Below are positions 11,458-24,235 of a DNA stretch of 64,000 bases, in pieces. Below the pieces are notes generated by a model. That model saw nothing but the letters and a program-made list of their open reading frames with translations, made no database searches and was not told the DNA's origin. Positions within the stretch are counted from its first letter, which is position 1. The number at the start of each line of letters is the position of its first letter. The stretch lies in assembly GCA_946965045.2 (NCBI GenBank), contig OX337235.1, positions 372,001 to 436,000 on the forward strand, written 5' to 3'. A program made the translations under genes and the position numbers. The stretch is from Epithemia pelagica (Eukaryota > Protista > Bacillariophyta).

Positions 11458-14400
11458 CTACACTTCATGCATTTCTCTACTTTCGTCAGTACTTTCATTG
11501 TCACCATCATTGTTGTCATCGTCTTCTTCTGTATCATTCCGTCCGTGGTTCCTGCGCTTTCTTTTCCTTGTCCACTCTGGAGGCAAACCGTGTTTTTTGC
11601 GTAGATCCATTATGATTGGATGATTCTTCTTTGTTGTGTATTTGTATCGAGCTCCTGGAGATGACGCTGGTCGACACATGAACATTTCTCTTCCATTGGT
11701 CGAATGGAGAATCTCGAAGCATGTGAGATCAGTGAATTGAGGTAGTTGATGGATCTTCCATCCATCTTCTCTTTCGTCCTTGCATGATACCAAATGGGCA
11801 ACAATCCCACACTTGGCACATTGACCCACGTTGGTAAAAATGCCTTTCATACCGAGCTCTTTGCGTTTCCAACGATATTCCAACAAACATATGGCGCATG
11901 CAACTCGTCTGTTACCTTCCAATGGGATGGGATAGTGTCCATCTTCACACGTTCGTTCCCTTGTTGCAGTAGTCCTCCTTGCCAAAGCGTCTACTTCCTC
12001 TGTGTGGACATAGCTGCACATTGCTTGTGCGACACAGGTGTAGAATGCATGCCGCGTGAGCTTCGTGCGTCGAGCTCGGACACGGTCTCCAGCGGACATG
12101 TTCCATCCGATGTAGGCATTTAGAAGCATAACATCCATTATGCCTAAACCAGTCTTCTTGTACCACTTTTTGAAATGCCCATGGGTGGCAAAACCGCCAA
12201 AATGTTGTCGCATCTGGTCCCCTTCATCTATCCCCCCCCATTGTCTCTTGATACCGAATGAGAACTATAGGGCAATTGAATACCTCTTTGTTGGGTCCAA
12301 CTTGTCGTTCTACCTGTCCTTTGCCATTATTTTCATAACTCGATGCAAAATTTACCACTTTCGAGTCCACCCATTGCCCAATGATGATTCCATTCACTTC
12401 GTCGTGTGCTAGGTGGATTGTTCCTCGGTTAGTTTTTGTCTTCTTTAGTTGCATCAGTCTCTTGTTCCACCCAACTCTGTTTGAACGTACTGTACCTGTC
12501 GCGAGGATTTTCAGACGATCACGAAGAATAACCAGTAATTGGGGCGCTGCATATCTATTGTCCATTGCCAAATGACGGAATCCGTTGGTTTCCTTATGCA
12601 ACTCTAACGCATAACATGCGTTTACCACAGCCTTCATCGTTGTAGGAAGTTTCTTGGCCTCCTCTCGTATATAAGAGTTGGTAGCATTTTTTCCTTGATA
12701 TACGTCAAGATGGAGAATTGCGTAGGACCTGGAAGAAGCGAGAATGAAGAAGTCTACACGAAATTTTTGCGGCTTGTCCTTGTTGTACTGCCTAACAGGG
12801 CAGTACCGGGAGCGACAGCCAATTCCACCTTCATCAAAAGCCAAATCTTGAGGAATCCGAAATGATCTCTTGGAAGCAGCGTTAACAGCTTGAATGAGTT
12901 TCCAAAGCTGGTAGCACTTGTCACCGCCCCTTGCAGCACCTTTGTTCTCAAAGTGAAAGGCTCCTCTTATCTGACGGAATCTGGCCAACCTCATGTATCT
13001 CGAAGCCCATCCTTCACTATCAAGAATCTCTACAGAGGGAAGAGCAGTTCCCAGACTGTACATACGGTTTGAGGTCTGAAAATAAGAGGCATAGCCTCCA
13101 CCATCCACTGGCCGGAGTGACATCATTAGGACGATGCCGAGGAACCTCGTCATTTCTTGTGCCGTGACATCCTTCCATTTTTGGGAATGATAATAACCTC
13201 GGCGCCCCATCAAACGCGGACGGATTTTCTGGTGAAAGTACTGATTAGTTGCGGCAGCCATATCGGAAATCAATGAATTCGACAATCCACCAATAACACG
13301 GATACAATCTAGTGGAGTATGGAACTCATCCGCTACTCCAGCTTTCAGACCGTCTTCTCCACGAAACATTGACCTGTTATGACGTTCCTTACCAATCCAC
13401 GACAACATATTGGTAGACGCATCAACCTCTTTGTAATGAAAGTGCAAGTTGTCGATCAGTACTTTGAGATTTGTTGAATTGTTGGGGTCGTCGTCGTCCG
13501 AAACCGAGTCTGTTGATTCTCCATCATCTTCTTGTGTATTGTCTTGGGCAGAATCGTTGTCATCGCTTTGACAATAATCATCCAATGGATTCTGTGACCT
13601 TTGCACGGTATCGTTGAAGTCCAGCTCAAAACCACCGTCGGCATCTTCATCTGAAGAAGATCCGCTGTCGTCAATGTCATCATTTGCTCTAGCGTTATTT
13701 TGCTGTTGTTGTTGTCGACGAGTGGTGACAGTAGGGATGGCATCCATTTCTATGGAGTTGTTGATTGGTTGAAGTTGTTGAGCCGCGGTATCAGTTGTCC
13801 CTGTCGAGTCTCTTGTATTGGAAGTACCAAAAAGACGTGTGGCAACTTGGTTGATTGGAGTGTGATTGTTATCTTCATCTCCAGTTGTTGCCTCAAAGTT
13901 ATTCATTGCTGGAGAGGGTTCACCTCGTGGGGCAGTCATCAAAGTGGCTCGACCCTGTGCTCGCTCTTGAGTGGACGGTGGATTGGATCGTGTCCAACGA
14001 TTGGAATGCCGCAAAGATGAATTGCTAGCATTCCTTAGGGCGTCTCTTCTTCGTGCTCGTTCTGTTGTTGGAGGAGGTGGTGGTGGTGCTCTTGCTGTGT
14101 TGCCGCGTCGAGGCGATCGTCGTAGTGCAGGTGACTGTGTGTTGCCGCGTCGAGGCGATTGTCGTAGTGCAGGTGACTGTGTGACGTTGTTGCTGCCACC
14201 ATGAGCCTCGGAAACTTGACTTTGTTGTTGTTGCTGTTGTGTTACAGATGGTTCACCATTTGGCCTGTATGCTTCAATGTACTGACGAAGCCTCTCTTTC
14301 ACTGTTTTCGTTGATATGAATTGAGACTTGATCCAGTTCTGGGGGACTTGCATAGTACTAATCGTACCGTTGTCCCAGATAATGGAATAAGCATTGCCAT

Positions 14401-14965
14401 TTTTCTTTGACGGGCACTCCATGATTTTTCCGACTACACGAACAGGATTGTCAGTTTCATTTGGACGAAAGCGCCGTAGAAAATCTTGGTAGAAGTTATC
14501 ATGGATCCAAAATTTGTCTGGAGCAACAAGAAAGCGCTTGGCATACGAAAACCGCGATCGCTGGTGGTTGTTGCCAGGTGGACGTCGAGGACGATCGTGT
14601 GTCTGTGTTGTTTCGGTAGCGACGCCTCCCGGACGGGCAACGTTGGAACCCGATTCTGTTGCATGTTCGCGTATTGCTGTTGTTGTAGTAGTTGTAGGTG
14701 CAACGTTGGTGGATGAATCCATTGCTTCCGAATTGCGGGGTGGAGGTGCGACAGTATTGTTGGCGATTGCTTCAAACGGTGGTGGTGGTTGGGGGGGAAC
14801 ACCAAAGGCTGCCTCTGTTGCTAAGGCATTGCCAACAGATTGTTCGGGAAGTTGGGCGGTATCTTCGGTGGCATGGTCAATATCTGGTTCGATGAGCGGT
14901 TGCGACAAATTCGGTTGTCCTGACTCTTGGTCCTCGTTCTCCGCAGGTACAGCTGCAGACGACAT
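11458..14965 (-). pseudogene. piggyBac transposase (DDE_Tnp_1_7-like) split by a +1 frameshift in a G8 run
   Basis: FDEGGIGCRSRYCPVRQYNKDKPQKF, MDNRY, WVDSK. Removing one G at 12232-12239 gives MGGIDEGDQMRQH (third catalytic Asp motif) and joins ORF 11458..12213 (WYKK, C-terminal CAIC...CAKC Cys-rich domain). Confidence 0.88.
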
Positions 14966-15856
14966 TGCCTTTGGTGGACGTCTTCTTCACTATGTTGACC
15001 GTCAAAATGGAGAATCCTGCAACGATCGGCCCAGATGATAGGAATATAGAATCATACAAAGTTGGGCCCTAGGCGCAGGGTGATCGAAATGAACAGAAAT
15101 GAGGAAAATCGCCAATTTTTCAAAGCAAAATATCACGCTATTGACTGTGTATTTACTGTAGACTATCATATATGAAGTTGTTCGGAATTCCAAGATCTTT
15201 CAAACGATGAAGTCAGATCTGCATGAAATTAAAGTTTCAGGAAGTTATACCAAGTGAAAGTTAAGGGAGTAGCGTATATACGCTGCTCCCATATATGGGA
15301 GTAGCGTATACGCTGCTCGCTTACGATTGGCGTTAACCAGACTATTTTCCCACACGCTCAAGAGTAGTGCATCGAACCAGATCCGGAAACACGAAACAGA
15401 GACCCAGCGTCCGATTATTGGGTGGAACCAGTCAACCCTGAGAAGAGGGTCGCAGACAGAAGGCTGACTTTCTTCGTCTGGCCGTCGGCAGAAGAAATGG
15501 AATTTGAATTTTGAAACTGTGGAAGTTCGTCGAGCTATCTGTATTCGTCCAAAAGACTGCATATCTATCCGTATCTTTGTGCGAGAGGCAAAAGCCCATG
15601 TCGAATGTCGAACGATCGTCGTTGCGGTTGTCATGCATCTTGTGTAATTTTCGTCCAGCACAACAACAACACACGGAAACCGAACAAGAAGAATCGCAAA
15701 ACCAACCAAGAAGGAATTCGTACCGCAATCACTACAGAGTGGAGAGCGTCCACACAACGACACAGGTTCCTTGCGTTCGTCCACCACTTTTCTCTCTACG
15801 GTCGCTGTAGCCGAGCCGAGCTCCGAATCGTCGATTGAGAGCGAGAATCTTACGCC

Positions 15857-15933
15857 ATGACAACCTCCACTGCGCCGCCAGTGGCATCCAAGGACCACCA
15901 CCAAGAACACAAGGAAGAGCGGGACGTTCCCGC

Positions 15934-15976
<43 letters not shown>

Positions 15977-18822
15977 GAGGACGATGGTGCTTCCTCCTCC
16001 GTGACGGCTGCGGCACCTACAACAACAACTACGACGACGACGACGAGTCCTTCTTCTACCCACACGACCGAGGCGGTTCCGTCGTCGTCGTCGCGTCCAC
16101 GAATCTTTCCAAACCACAGTCACAATAACCACAACAATACTAATACTGGCAAAAAACCGGCCGGACATCGCTTGCAACAAGGCATGCACAAACTCAAGCA
16201 AGGGGCCAAGGGCATGGTCCACAAAACCTTGCATCCTCATTCTTCGTCTCATCCTCCTCCTCCAGAACAACAAGAAGGAGAAGCAACCAAAGAGACAATC
16301 ACCACCAACACCAACGCCGAGACAGGAGCAGCAGCCAAAAACAACACCGATGAAACCACCGAATCCTCGCCGCAACTACCAACCACAACAACAACGACTG
16401 ACGACACGACAGCAACCACAAGCACACTGGAACCAAAAAGCACCACCACCCCAACTCCCACAACGACAGAGCATCTACCCCCTATAACAACAACAACAAC
16501 AACAACAACAACAACGACCAGGCCCCATGTCGAATCGTCTTCGGTCCGGACCGTGGACGATCCCCTTTCTCCTCCTCCCATTGTCGTCTTACCATCGTCA
16601 TCCTTGTCTTCTTGGCTCGTTCATGTGTGGTGGATTTCCATTGCCCTGGCGATTGTGCCCAGTCTCCACGTGTGGCAACAACAACAACAATGGCGGTCCT
16701 CGTCGTCCTCCATTTCCTGGCCCGCCGTCCCCGAATCCACCAGTATGGACTGTACGGGATGCACGTGTCACCCTCCCACGAGTTTGGTTCGTAGTAGTAC
16801 AGTCTTGGATCGTTTTTTGTCGTCCATGTCGTCGTTGGGCGTGACCAATGTGCTGGATTTGTGGCAGCACGACGTGCGGGGCATGGGACATGTCCTGGTC
16901 TTGATTTGGTGGTTGTGGATTGCCTACTTGACGGGTCATGTCGCTTCCTTGACACGACTGTCCCAGTATTGTTCCACTGTTTGGTTGCCCCTCGTGGCCA
17001 CCACCACCACCACCAGCACCCAAAAAAAGAGTCGTCGTCGCCAAGGGGGACCCTCGTCGTCCAAACCAAATACAGCCTCTCGAACCGTGACATTTGATCC
17101 AGATGGTGGCGAACAGCAACACAAACCAATGACCGACCAACGCCGCCGTAGACACCGATGGCGGCGACGTGACGGAACGAAGGACGAGGATCCGGTCACA
17201 CCCCGCAAACCGATTCGATGGATTCACGAAAAGACCAAAACCGTCTTCAAAAGTACCATTCCTCGACGACGACAACAACAACGACAAAACCGTGGGCAGG
17301 AACTGCAGCACCAGGACGGTTCCCAGGATCATCACAAGAAGGAGGAGGAGCCACACAAACTGGAGCACCAAGATACGGAGCACGACGATTCATTCGATGA
17401 CGATGATGAGTACTATTCGGACGACTATGAGGATGACGATGATGACACGGTATCGTCGGGATGGGAATGGTCCCCCTGGTCCTGGCATACGCAATTTCCA
17501 TCCAGTCAACGCGACGACGAGCCAAGTGCCAACAACAAGGACAACAACAATCATCATCATCCCCATGCCCCCTCGTGGTTGCAACGGTTGGATCCCACAC
17601 GCTTGTCCAAATATCCCAATTCCAATCTCGTCCAACAATTGTTGCGTCATAAAAAATTGCGACGCTCTCCCCCCGATTTGGCCGCGGCACAACAAGCGGC
17701 GGGCACCGGCGAACCGAGGATCACTGCAAAGGACGGACAAGAGGCGCCAGGTACGACGACAACGGCTTTGGACGAACCACCCACGTCCGACACGAGTCTC
17801 GGTCATTTTGGTCCCACGACACCGGATCAAAGTTTTCACGAAAATACCCATCACGACACGTCCTATACGATTCATCCCGTCTTTTGTGTGCGGGGCATGG
17901 ATATCTTTTTAAACAATGGGACGACCAATACATTTGATGTCAGTCAAGAAGCCTGGTTTCAAACCAATGGATTACGGAATGCTCCCACCTTTATTGTCAA
18001 TTGCGTGACGCAATGGGGCAATATCCTCGTCTACTTTGAATTGCCGCGGTGGGTCACCAACTTTACCACCGCCATGGTCGAACAGGACACGGATTCGGAC
18101 GATGTGCGAGCACTCAAGGTACGTGTGTGTGTGTGTCTGGATTCTTTTTTTGTAATGTCATGTACTGTCAGGTCTACAGTAGATGCTCATTTCGTTTTTG
18201 TTCGGGTCGTCCTTTGTTTGTTGGGAATCTATAGCGGTTTTTGACGGGGTCGAACGATTATCGCAATCAACGGTTGAAAATTATTCCTTCCATTGTCGAT
18301 GGTCCCATGGCCGTCAAGGTCCTGGCACCACCCAAAAAGGAACGCATTATTCATGGGAGTTATGTTCCCATTTCCTGGTACAAGCATGATACCGAGGTCT
18401 CGTCCACGACGGGCAAGACGTTGCAACCCGTCATTGTCTGTGCCATGGATTGTGTCTCGGGACGGGCCATTCGATCCATGGCCGGGATTGTCAAAAAGTA
18501 CTTTGTGAAATTGACACTGGACATTGCCTTGGTCTTGGGACCTCCCGAAATTGATCCCAAACTGGCCCATGCCAACAATCGGCATCCACCCTTGACGACC
18601 GAGCCACCCAAGGTGGACGAGGACGATGGGGATTTGCAATCCTGTTTGGGCCTCTTTCGCTTTGAACACATTGATATTGAACAGTGTCCGGAATTTCCAG
18701 TGGTGGAATTACCGCAAGAAGATGAAGAAAAACGAGACGAAGAATTGGCCTGTCGATTGTCCGGTGTGTCTCCCGAAGAATTGAAATCCTTGCGAGAAGA
18801 ACTCGAACATGAGGATTATTGA
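15857..18822 (+). CDS. Protein with EDR2 C-terminal (DUF1336)-like domain; exons 15857..18118 and 18235..18822
   Basis: GT at 18119, AG at 18234, phase 0. Splicing gives ALK|RFLTGSNDYRNQRLKIIPSIVDGP, followed by KLTLDIALVL, matching the DUF1336 pattern. Long low-complexity N-terminus with hydrophobic segments. Confidence 0.75.
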
Positions 18823-18879
18823 TGATACACTACACTACAAAACGCCATGACAATCACAATTCCATTCGGAACCAGGTCT

Positions 18880-19165
18880 TCTTGGAGTAGGGGGTTCAAA
18901 CTTAGGTACAGAAATTGGGAGTGCAATTTAATATGAAATTTAGGTGAAACTTTGGAAATGAAATTTTGGTAGGTTAGGTAGCCATGGATAATTTTGATGC
19001 CATGGTCCAACCAACGGCACAATCAGAAATGCGTTGCCTACAATGCCGTGTTAATTTAGGGGCCTACCTAAACTTCGGTGGGTAGTGCAATGAGTCGTGC
19101 AACTTACGGTCCGAAGTTAAGGTGAAGAAATCTAGGCTATGAAGTTTGAACGCCCTATCTTGGAG
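18880..19165. mobile_element. 270-bp hAT-type MITE (18888..19157) with 8-bp TSD
   Basis: TIR TAGGGGGTTCAAACTT (18888-18903) vs AAGTTTGAACGCCCTA (19142-57), 15/16 match. TCTTGGAG at 18880-87 and 19158-65. No ORF. Confidence 0.85.
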
Positions 19166-20091
19166 GCGCAACGTTCTAGCCTCGGGAGACCGTTCCACAG
19201 AATTCCATTCGGATGCGTGTGCCAAGAACAAACACTCCATCGTCCATGATTCTACTACCTAGGTAGGTAGAATGGAGACGCAACCATGGCGTGCGCAGAC
19301 ACATCCTCACAAACCGCATGACACTTTCTCTATAACAAAACTTCCCGATACCAAGTCCAAACGCCATCCCGAAACACTATAGAGTACAATGTACTTCTAG
19401 AGGAGTCGAGTGGGTGCCGAAAGGCCCACAAGACCGCAGCAAGCATCCTTTTTGTGATCTAATAGTAGAACAAAGAGATTTGTCACCAATCTTTGTCGTC
19501 GTCGTCCTCCATGAATAACGAGGATGGTTGTTATGGTTCTCTTTCGGAAGAGTCTGGAAGACTGTTGAAAGGTAGCAAATGTATACACAGGTAGCTGTTG
19601 GGGTTGGTGGTTGGGGGTTGCTCTCATCGACTCGACGGGCCCTCCGATCACAAGATCATCCAGATCCAATGAGACAAAGAGAGCGCCGGCCTCCCCATTC
19701 GTAAGATCCCTTCCACTTCCACGACCATCCACGACAGAATGGCAAGACCAAACCTATGACCACTCGCTCGGGAGCCGGCACATGCCGGTCTACCCGCCAA
19801 ACAAGACATGTTCGCACCCGATTCATCATTCGCTCTAGTAATACTCCGCTTCGAGACACTGGCCAATCCTTCGGACATTCAACAGAAAGTGCCACACAAA
19901 TACGAATCCATGAGAACCGATACATGGATGATTGCACGTTTCACACAAGCAAGCAGCTTTCTCATTCTCTCCAATCTATAATATACCATTCAAGACTCTT
20001 CCATTTCTCTCTCTCTCTCTCGACCAACACACCTCTATTCATCACTCGTTGCCTCTTTCGTCTCCCTACAACCAACTCCATCACTTCCACC

Positions 20092-21000
20092 ATGCCCTTG
20101 TCCACGCTCTTGATGCAACTGCACTGTACCAGTAATAGTGCTTTCAGTACGAATTCTCATTCGACCTTGGTGCGAGCCATTCAACAGCAAGATTGGCCCA
20201 CGGTCCGTCATGTCGTGTCCTCCTCGTCGGGTCAGGCCGCTGCCCAACACTGGTCGACCCAAGCCGGCTTGTTTGATGGGCAAATTGATGCTCAAGTCTT
20301 GCCCTTGCATCAATTGTTGGTCCACCCAAACAACAGTAATGGCCCACCTCCCTTGGACGTAGTGCAAGCCATGGTCCAAGCCTATCCCAAGGCCTTGCAA
20401 TTGCCTGAATCCTCGTACGAACGATTGCCCTTGCATTGTGCCTGTCGACAACGACACGACTCGGCCAGATCCTCATCATCATCATCCTCATCATCATCAT
20501 CATCATCATCGTCGACCACTGCCAAATCGTGGTTGTCGCACATTCAATACTTGGTCCAAGAATATCCTCATGCCTGTTTGGTTCCCGATGCCTTGCAACG
20601 CGTACCCTTGCATTATGCCTTGAGCAATGGTGCACAGGTCGACATTTGTCTCTACTTGTTGCAGGTGCATCCGTCGACGGCCCGCAGTGTCGATATTCGA
20701 GGTTTGACCTTGTTGCATGTGGCCTGTGCCCATTTGGTCTCGCCCCGCATTATTTCCACCCTCATTCACTTGCATCCCGCCGCCGTGGGGGCCGTCAGTC
20801 ATTCGGGATGGACCGTCATGGATTGTTTGCCCCATCTTTTGGATCCAACAACAAGGCAAGAATCGGTAGCTCGTCGTCGACGAGACGAAATTGTGTCCCT
20901 TTTGCAACGGGCGACACACGAATATGGGCCATTGGTTCGGCCCTCTCCACCACATTCGCATTCACAAAAACTCCCGTCTTCGACCGCCGTCTTGGTCTAA
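20092..21000 (+). CDS. Ankyrin-repeat protein (likely ATG 20092 within ORF 19756..21000)
   Basis: Repeated motifs ERLPLHCAC, RVPLHYALSNGA, GLTLLHVACAH, VLPLHQLL...PPLDVVQAMVQAYP. Confidence 0.75.
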   Translation: MPLSTLLMQLHCTSNSAFSTNSHSTLVRAIQQQDWPTVRHVVSSSSGQAAAQHWSTQAGLFDGQIDAQVLPLHQLLVHPNNSNGPPPLDVVQAMVQAYPKALQLPESSYERLPLHCACRQRHDSARSSSSSSSSSSSSSSSTTAKSWLSHIQYLVQEYPHACLVPDALQRVPLHYALSNGAQVDICLYLLQVHPSTARSVDIRGLTLLHVACAHLVSPRIISTLIHLHPAAVGAVSHSGWTVMDCLPHLLDPTTRQESVARRRRDEIVSLLQRATHEYGPLVRPSPPHSHSQKLPSSTAVLV

Positions 21001-21838
21001 CAAACACACACACACACACACTCATTTTCGGAACGTGGTGGCAGGCTCCAACGCCAAATCTCTTGCGGAATGCATGCTTGCTATTAGTACTACTATATAC
21101 AATTAACTTGGAAGCGACGTGACACAGACAAAAAAGCTATCTAAACGCCACCATCCGGTGACACCGCTAACCTTTACGTGTTGTTCGCCGCTCTTCTTGT
21201 AAACCGAATCCAACTATCGTGTGTCTCTGTCTTTCGTACGTGCACTTGCTACTAGCTACCTACCCTGAAATGTCAGGGATCCTTAACGTTTTGTCCTGGT
21301 CCCTAAAGTCTTGTCGAAAATCACACTCTTTATATACTTTAGCACACTCTACTTCATTTCTTGTTACTGCTCCCGTCTGGAACAATGAGAACTGATACAA
21401 CACGAAAAGAGAGAGAGACAATGGAACCACAGAATGACACACACTTGCCGCCGAATCCAACAAAACCCACAACTGGGAGCAACGGTTGTTTCCGTGTCCC
21501 AAACAAGCAAATTACCGCATGTAGGAATCATCCAACAACCGAGGGTACGGAAAGGTGTGGCAGTCCCACCACCATATACACACATGAAGCAGATGATGAA
21601 GATGAGAGGGACTTTGCACCTCTATCGATCAGTCAGCTTCTCGCCTCGCTCTCCGCGTCGGCCAGCGCTCTGGGAAGTGTGACTGGTCGGCTACCACGGC
21701 GCGTCGCAAAGGGAATGTCCATTACTCTCTCCCACTCCGACCATGACACACAACGACATGCATGGGATCATGTATGAGATGGAATGAAACCGAGGAATCA
21801 CTACTACTACCACTACCACTACACCTAGATTCCAAACA

Positions 21839-24235
21839 ATGCATTTTTTGGGTGTACTGTGGAGCTTCTATGTGTTGTTTGTACCGATTCCCAATACCGA
21901 TCCTACAAAGGCCACGATAAAACGACGGTCGATAGAACTTGTCGCAATGAAGAGTAATGGTTCTCCAAATACAATGGGGGCCTCTATCAACAACGACGAG
22001 GGAGAGGGTGGAGAGGCCAATGACGAAACCAGCCCAGCTGAAGAGAAACAAAAAGTAAACAAGATTACGACTCGCCAAAACTTGAAAGCTACTTCTCCGA
22101 ATCCACCAGAGGACAGCAAAACACTTGGTGACTACTTGGAAGACGATTGGTTCAAGACAGAATTGTCAGAAAAACGGAAAAATTATGCTCGAAGTCAATC
22201 GATCGAAATGTTGAAAGAAGATCCTAAACTCTGTGCAGCTTTTCAAGACTATTTGAAGATTGACTTGGCACATTTTTTGACAACAGGAAAAGTAACTCGT
22301 TTGGATTCTTCCCCCAATGAATCCCACAGAGTGGCCAACATCGACTTTGACATCAAAGACAGCGCAATGTTGTACAAGCGAGACGTTAATGCGTTCAAGG
22401 CTCGAGTGGAAGAACTTTTCAAATGGAAAGAGTCCGCCGCAAAAGACGAGTACATGGCTCCGTACTTTCCGCTCATCCAATCGAGTGGAACTGGCAAGAC
22501 CAAATTACTTCACGAATGCAAAAAGATGTTTGATAACGACCATGAAAGCAACGTTCACTGTGAACTCATTCTGTGCCATCATGGCGAAGTTACGCACTTA
22601 GCATGGGGCAGTGACATTTTCTCCAAGACTCTGGACGTTAAAACAATTGGAACCGCCAAATATGACCGAGAAATTTTATGGAAGAAGTTGGATGGTTTTG
22701 TAGAGAAAGCAAGAACGAAAAAGGTCGTACTGCTCTTTGACGAGTCCCAAAACCTGATCAACAATGGTGATGGGTTTCATTTTCGAAGCGTACGATGGTG
22801 GCTTCGAAAAGAACGGACAGAACATAACATTGTCGGCGTGTTTGCGGGGACAACCATGAGTTTGGCAAACTACATTCCGGAACCACCGCAAGAGTCAAAC
22901 AACTCGAGAGATGCAAGATCAACATACAACTCAGGCAAAAGATTGTATGCTCCTTTTTTCGAAATCACGACGACTGGACTTGTTTCAATCACCAATGGTT
23001 CCGAATTCTACAACAAATGCAGTACAGAGTTTGATGTTGCAGTCCAATATGGGCGCCCGTTGTTCGCTCGGATGCATCTAAAGGGAGAGCTCAAAAAAGC
23101 GTTGAACGCAATCTTGCTTCGGATAAAAGGTGGGACCTACAAGATTGAGTTGGAGAACGTGATTTCATGTTTTTCAATTTTGGCAGCGCGTCTGCCAATG
23201 GGCCAAGTTTCATTTGATCTTGCGTCAAAACAAGTGGCTTGGGGGTATGCCCATCTCACTCATTTTGACCCGGAACAACCAGCTGTGGCAGATATTGCGT
23301 ACCTTCCGGATCCGGTATGCGCATGGCTTGCCATGTCCCAAATGATCGAGAACTGCAACCCTTTTAGCGACTGGTCTCATCCTCCTTCTTTCTGGTCCGA
23401 ATTTGCCATCAAGATGTATACGTCTGCATTGTGTCGTCCTGAAAAGGGAGATGTTGGTCAAGTCGCGGCTGCCTTTTACATGCTGGCTTGTGGAGACGAG
23501 TTGCGCTGGGAAAAATCACAAAATCTGTTACAGCTCTCTGTTCCACTCGAGAAATTTATCAAAAGACTGCAAGGCAACGATGATGATTCATCTAGCGTTG
23601 ATAGCACTGAAGAAGCAAGCGTCAATTTCATCCAAGTGTGTCGCAATTACTTGCGTTACAGCCTGAAAGAACTGCAGGAGAGTGGCCTTTTGGAGCACTG
23701 GTATCGAGGTGCAAGGGCATCCTATGCGTATGCCTCTTGCCCAGCTTACGACCTGGTGATACCTGTGCGATACAAACACAATAATGATGATTGCTACTGT
23801 CCCATGCTAGTGAGTGTAAAGAATCGTCGATCTTACACTAGCGAGCAACGCCAGAGTGCAGTCAGCGCCATGGAAAAGGTGTTTGAGGACGCTGGCATCA
23901 AAACTGGGTTGTGTATTCTCTTACTGATTGGCCTGGAGGATCCATCGCAAAGCACCCGCCCTGATATGAATTTTTCCCGTGGTTCAATTTCGACATTGAT
24001 AATCGAAGTGCCTGCCAATGACCGTTTTGGAGCGACCAAGCTTGCGGCTTCTTCGACTCGTGGAGGAGGGGAAACGTCGGAGGTCATGGTGTCTCATTCA
24101 GACGTTGCATTGGGACGTGGAAAACGCTTTGAGCGGTTGCTGCGGGACGAGACACTGAAGCAGACCCCCTCGTCCGAGTTTTTGCACGAGATCGCAAAGG
24201 GCTTTGAGGACGCCTTGCACGAACATGACATTTAA
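21839..24235 (+). CDS. Crinkler-like NTPase + REase-fold protein (copy 2, intact, 798 aa)
   Basis: Same motifs as copy 1; ATG at 21839. Confidence 0.75.
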   Translation: MHFLGVLWSFYVLFVPIPNTDPTKATIKRRSIELVAMKSNGSPNTMGASINNDEGEGGEANDETSPAEEKQKVNKITTRQNLKATSPNPPEDSKTLGDYLEDDWFKTELSEKRKNYARSQSIEMLKEDPKLCAAFQDYLKIDLAHFLTTGKVTRLDSSPNESHRVANIDFDIKDSAMLYKRDVNAFKARVEELFKWKESAAKDEYMAPYFPLIQSSGTGKTKLLHECKKMFDNDHESNVHCELILCHHGEVTHLAWGSDIFSKTLDVKTIGTAKYDREILWKKLDGFVEKARTKKVVLLFDESQNLINNGDGFHFRSVRWWLRKERTEHNIVGVFAGTTMSLANYIPEPPQESNNSRDARSTYNSGKRLYAPFFEITTTGLVSITNGSEFYNKCSTEFDVAVQYGRPLFARMHLKGELKKALNAILLRIKGGTYKIELENVISCFSILAARLPMGQVSFDLASKQVAWGYAHLTHFDPEQPAVADIAYLPDPVCAWLAMSQMIENCNPFSDWSHPPSFWSEFAIKMYTSALCRPEKGDVGQVAAAFYMLACGDELRWEKSQNLLQLSVPLEKFIKRLQGNDDDSSSVDSTEEASVNFIQVCRNYLRYSLKELQESGLLEHWYRGARASYAYASCPAYDLVIPVRYKHNNDDCYCPMLVSVKNRRSYTSEQRQSAVSAMEKVFEDAGIKTGLCILLLIGLEDPSQSTRPDMNFSRGSISTLIIEVPANDRFGATKLAASSTRGGGETSEVMVSHSDVALGRGKRFERLLRDETLKQTPSSEFLHEIAKGFEDALHEHDI

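Larger units (their letters stand above)
10458..15336 (-). mobile_element. piggyBac-superfamily DNA transposon (element 10462..15332, TTAA target duplication)
   Basis: TTAA 10458-61 + CGCCAATCGTAA 10462-73; TTACGATTGGCG 15321-32 + TTAA 15333-36 (perfect 12-bp TIR). Subterminal GCGAGCAGC inverted repeats and an internal piggyBac-type transposase. Confidence 0.92.

Noticed and set aside
18901-19070. Scattered TTAGG/TTAGGG as telomeric repeats
   Set aside because: Not tandem; they lie inside the MITE.
19251-19271. Short palindrome tctactacctaggtaggtaga
   Set aside because: Isolated, with no TSD or partner; plausible by chance in low-complexity DNA.
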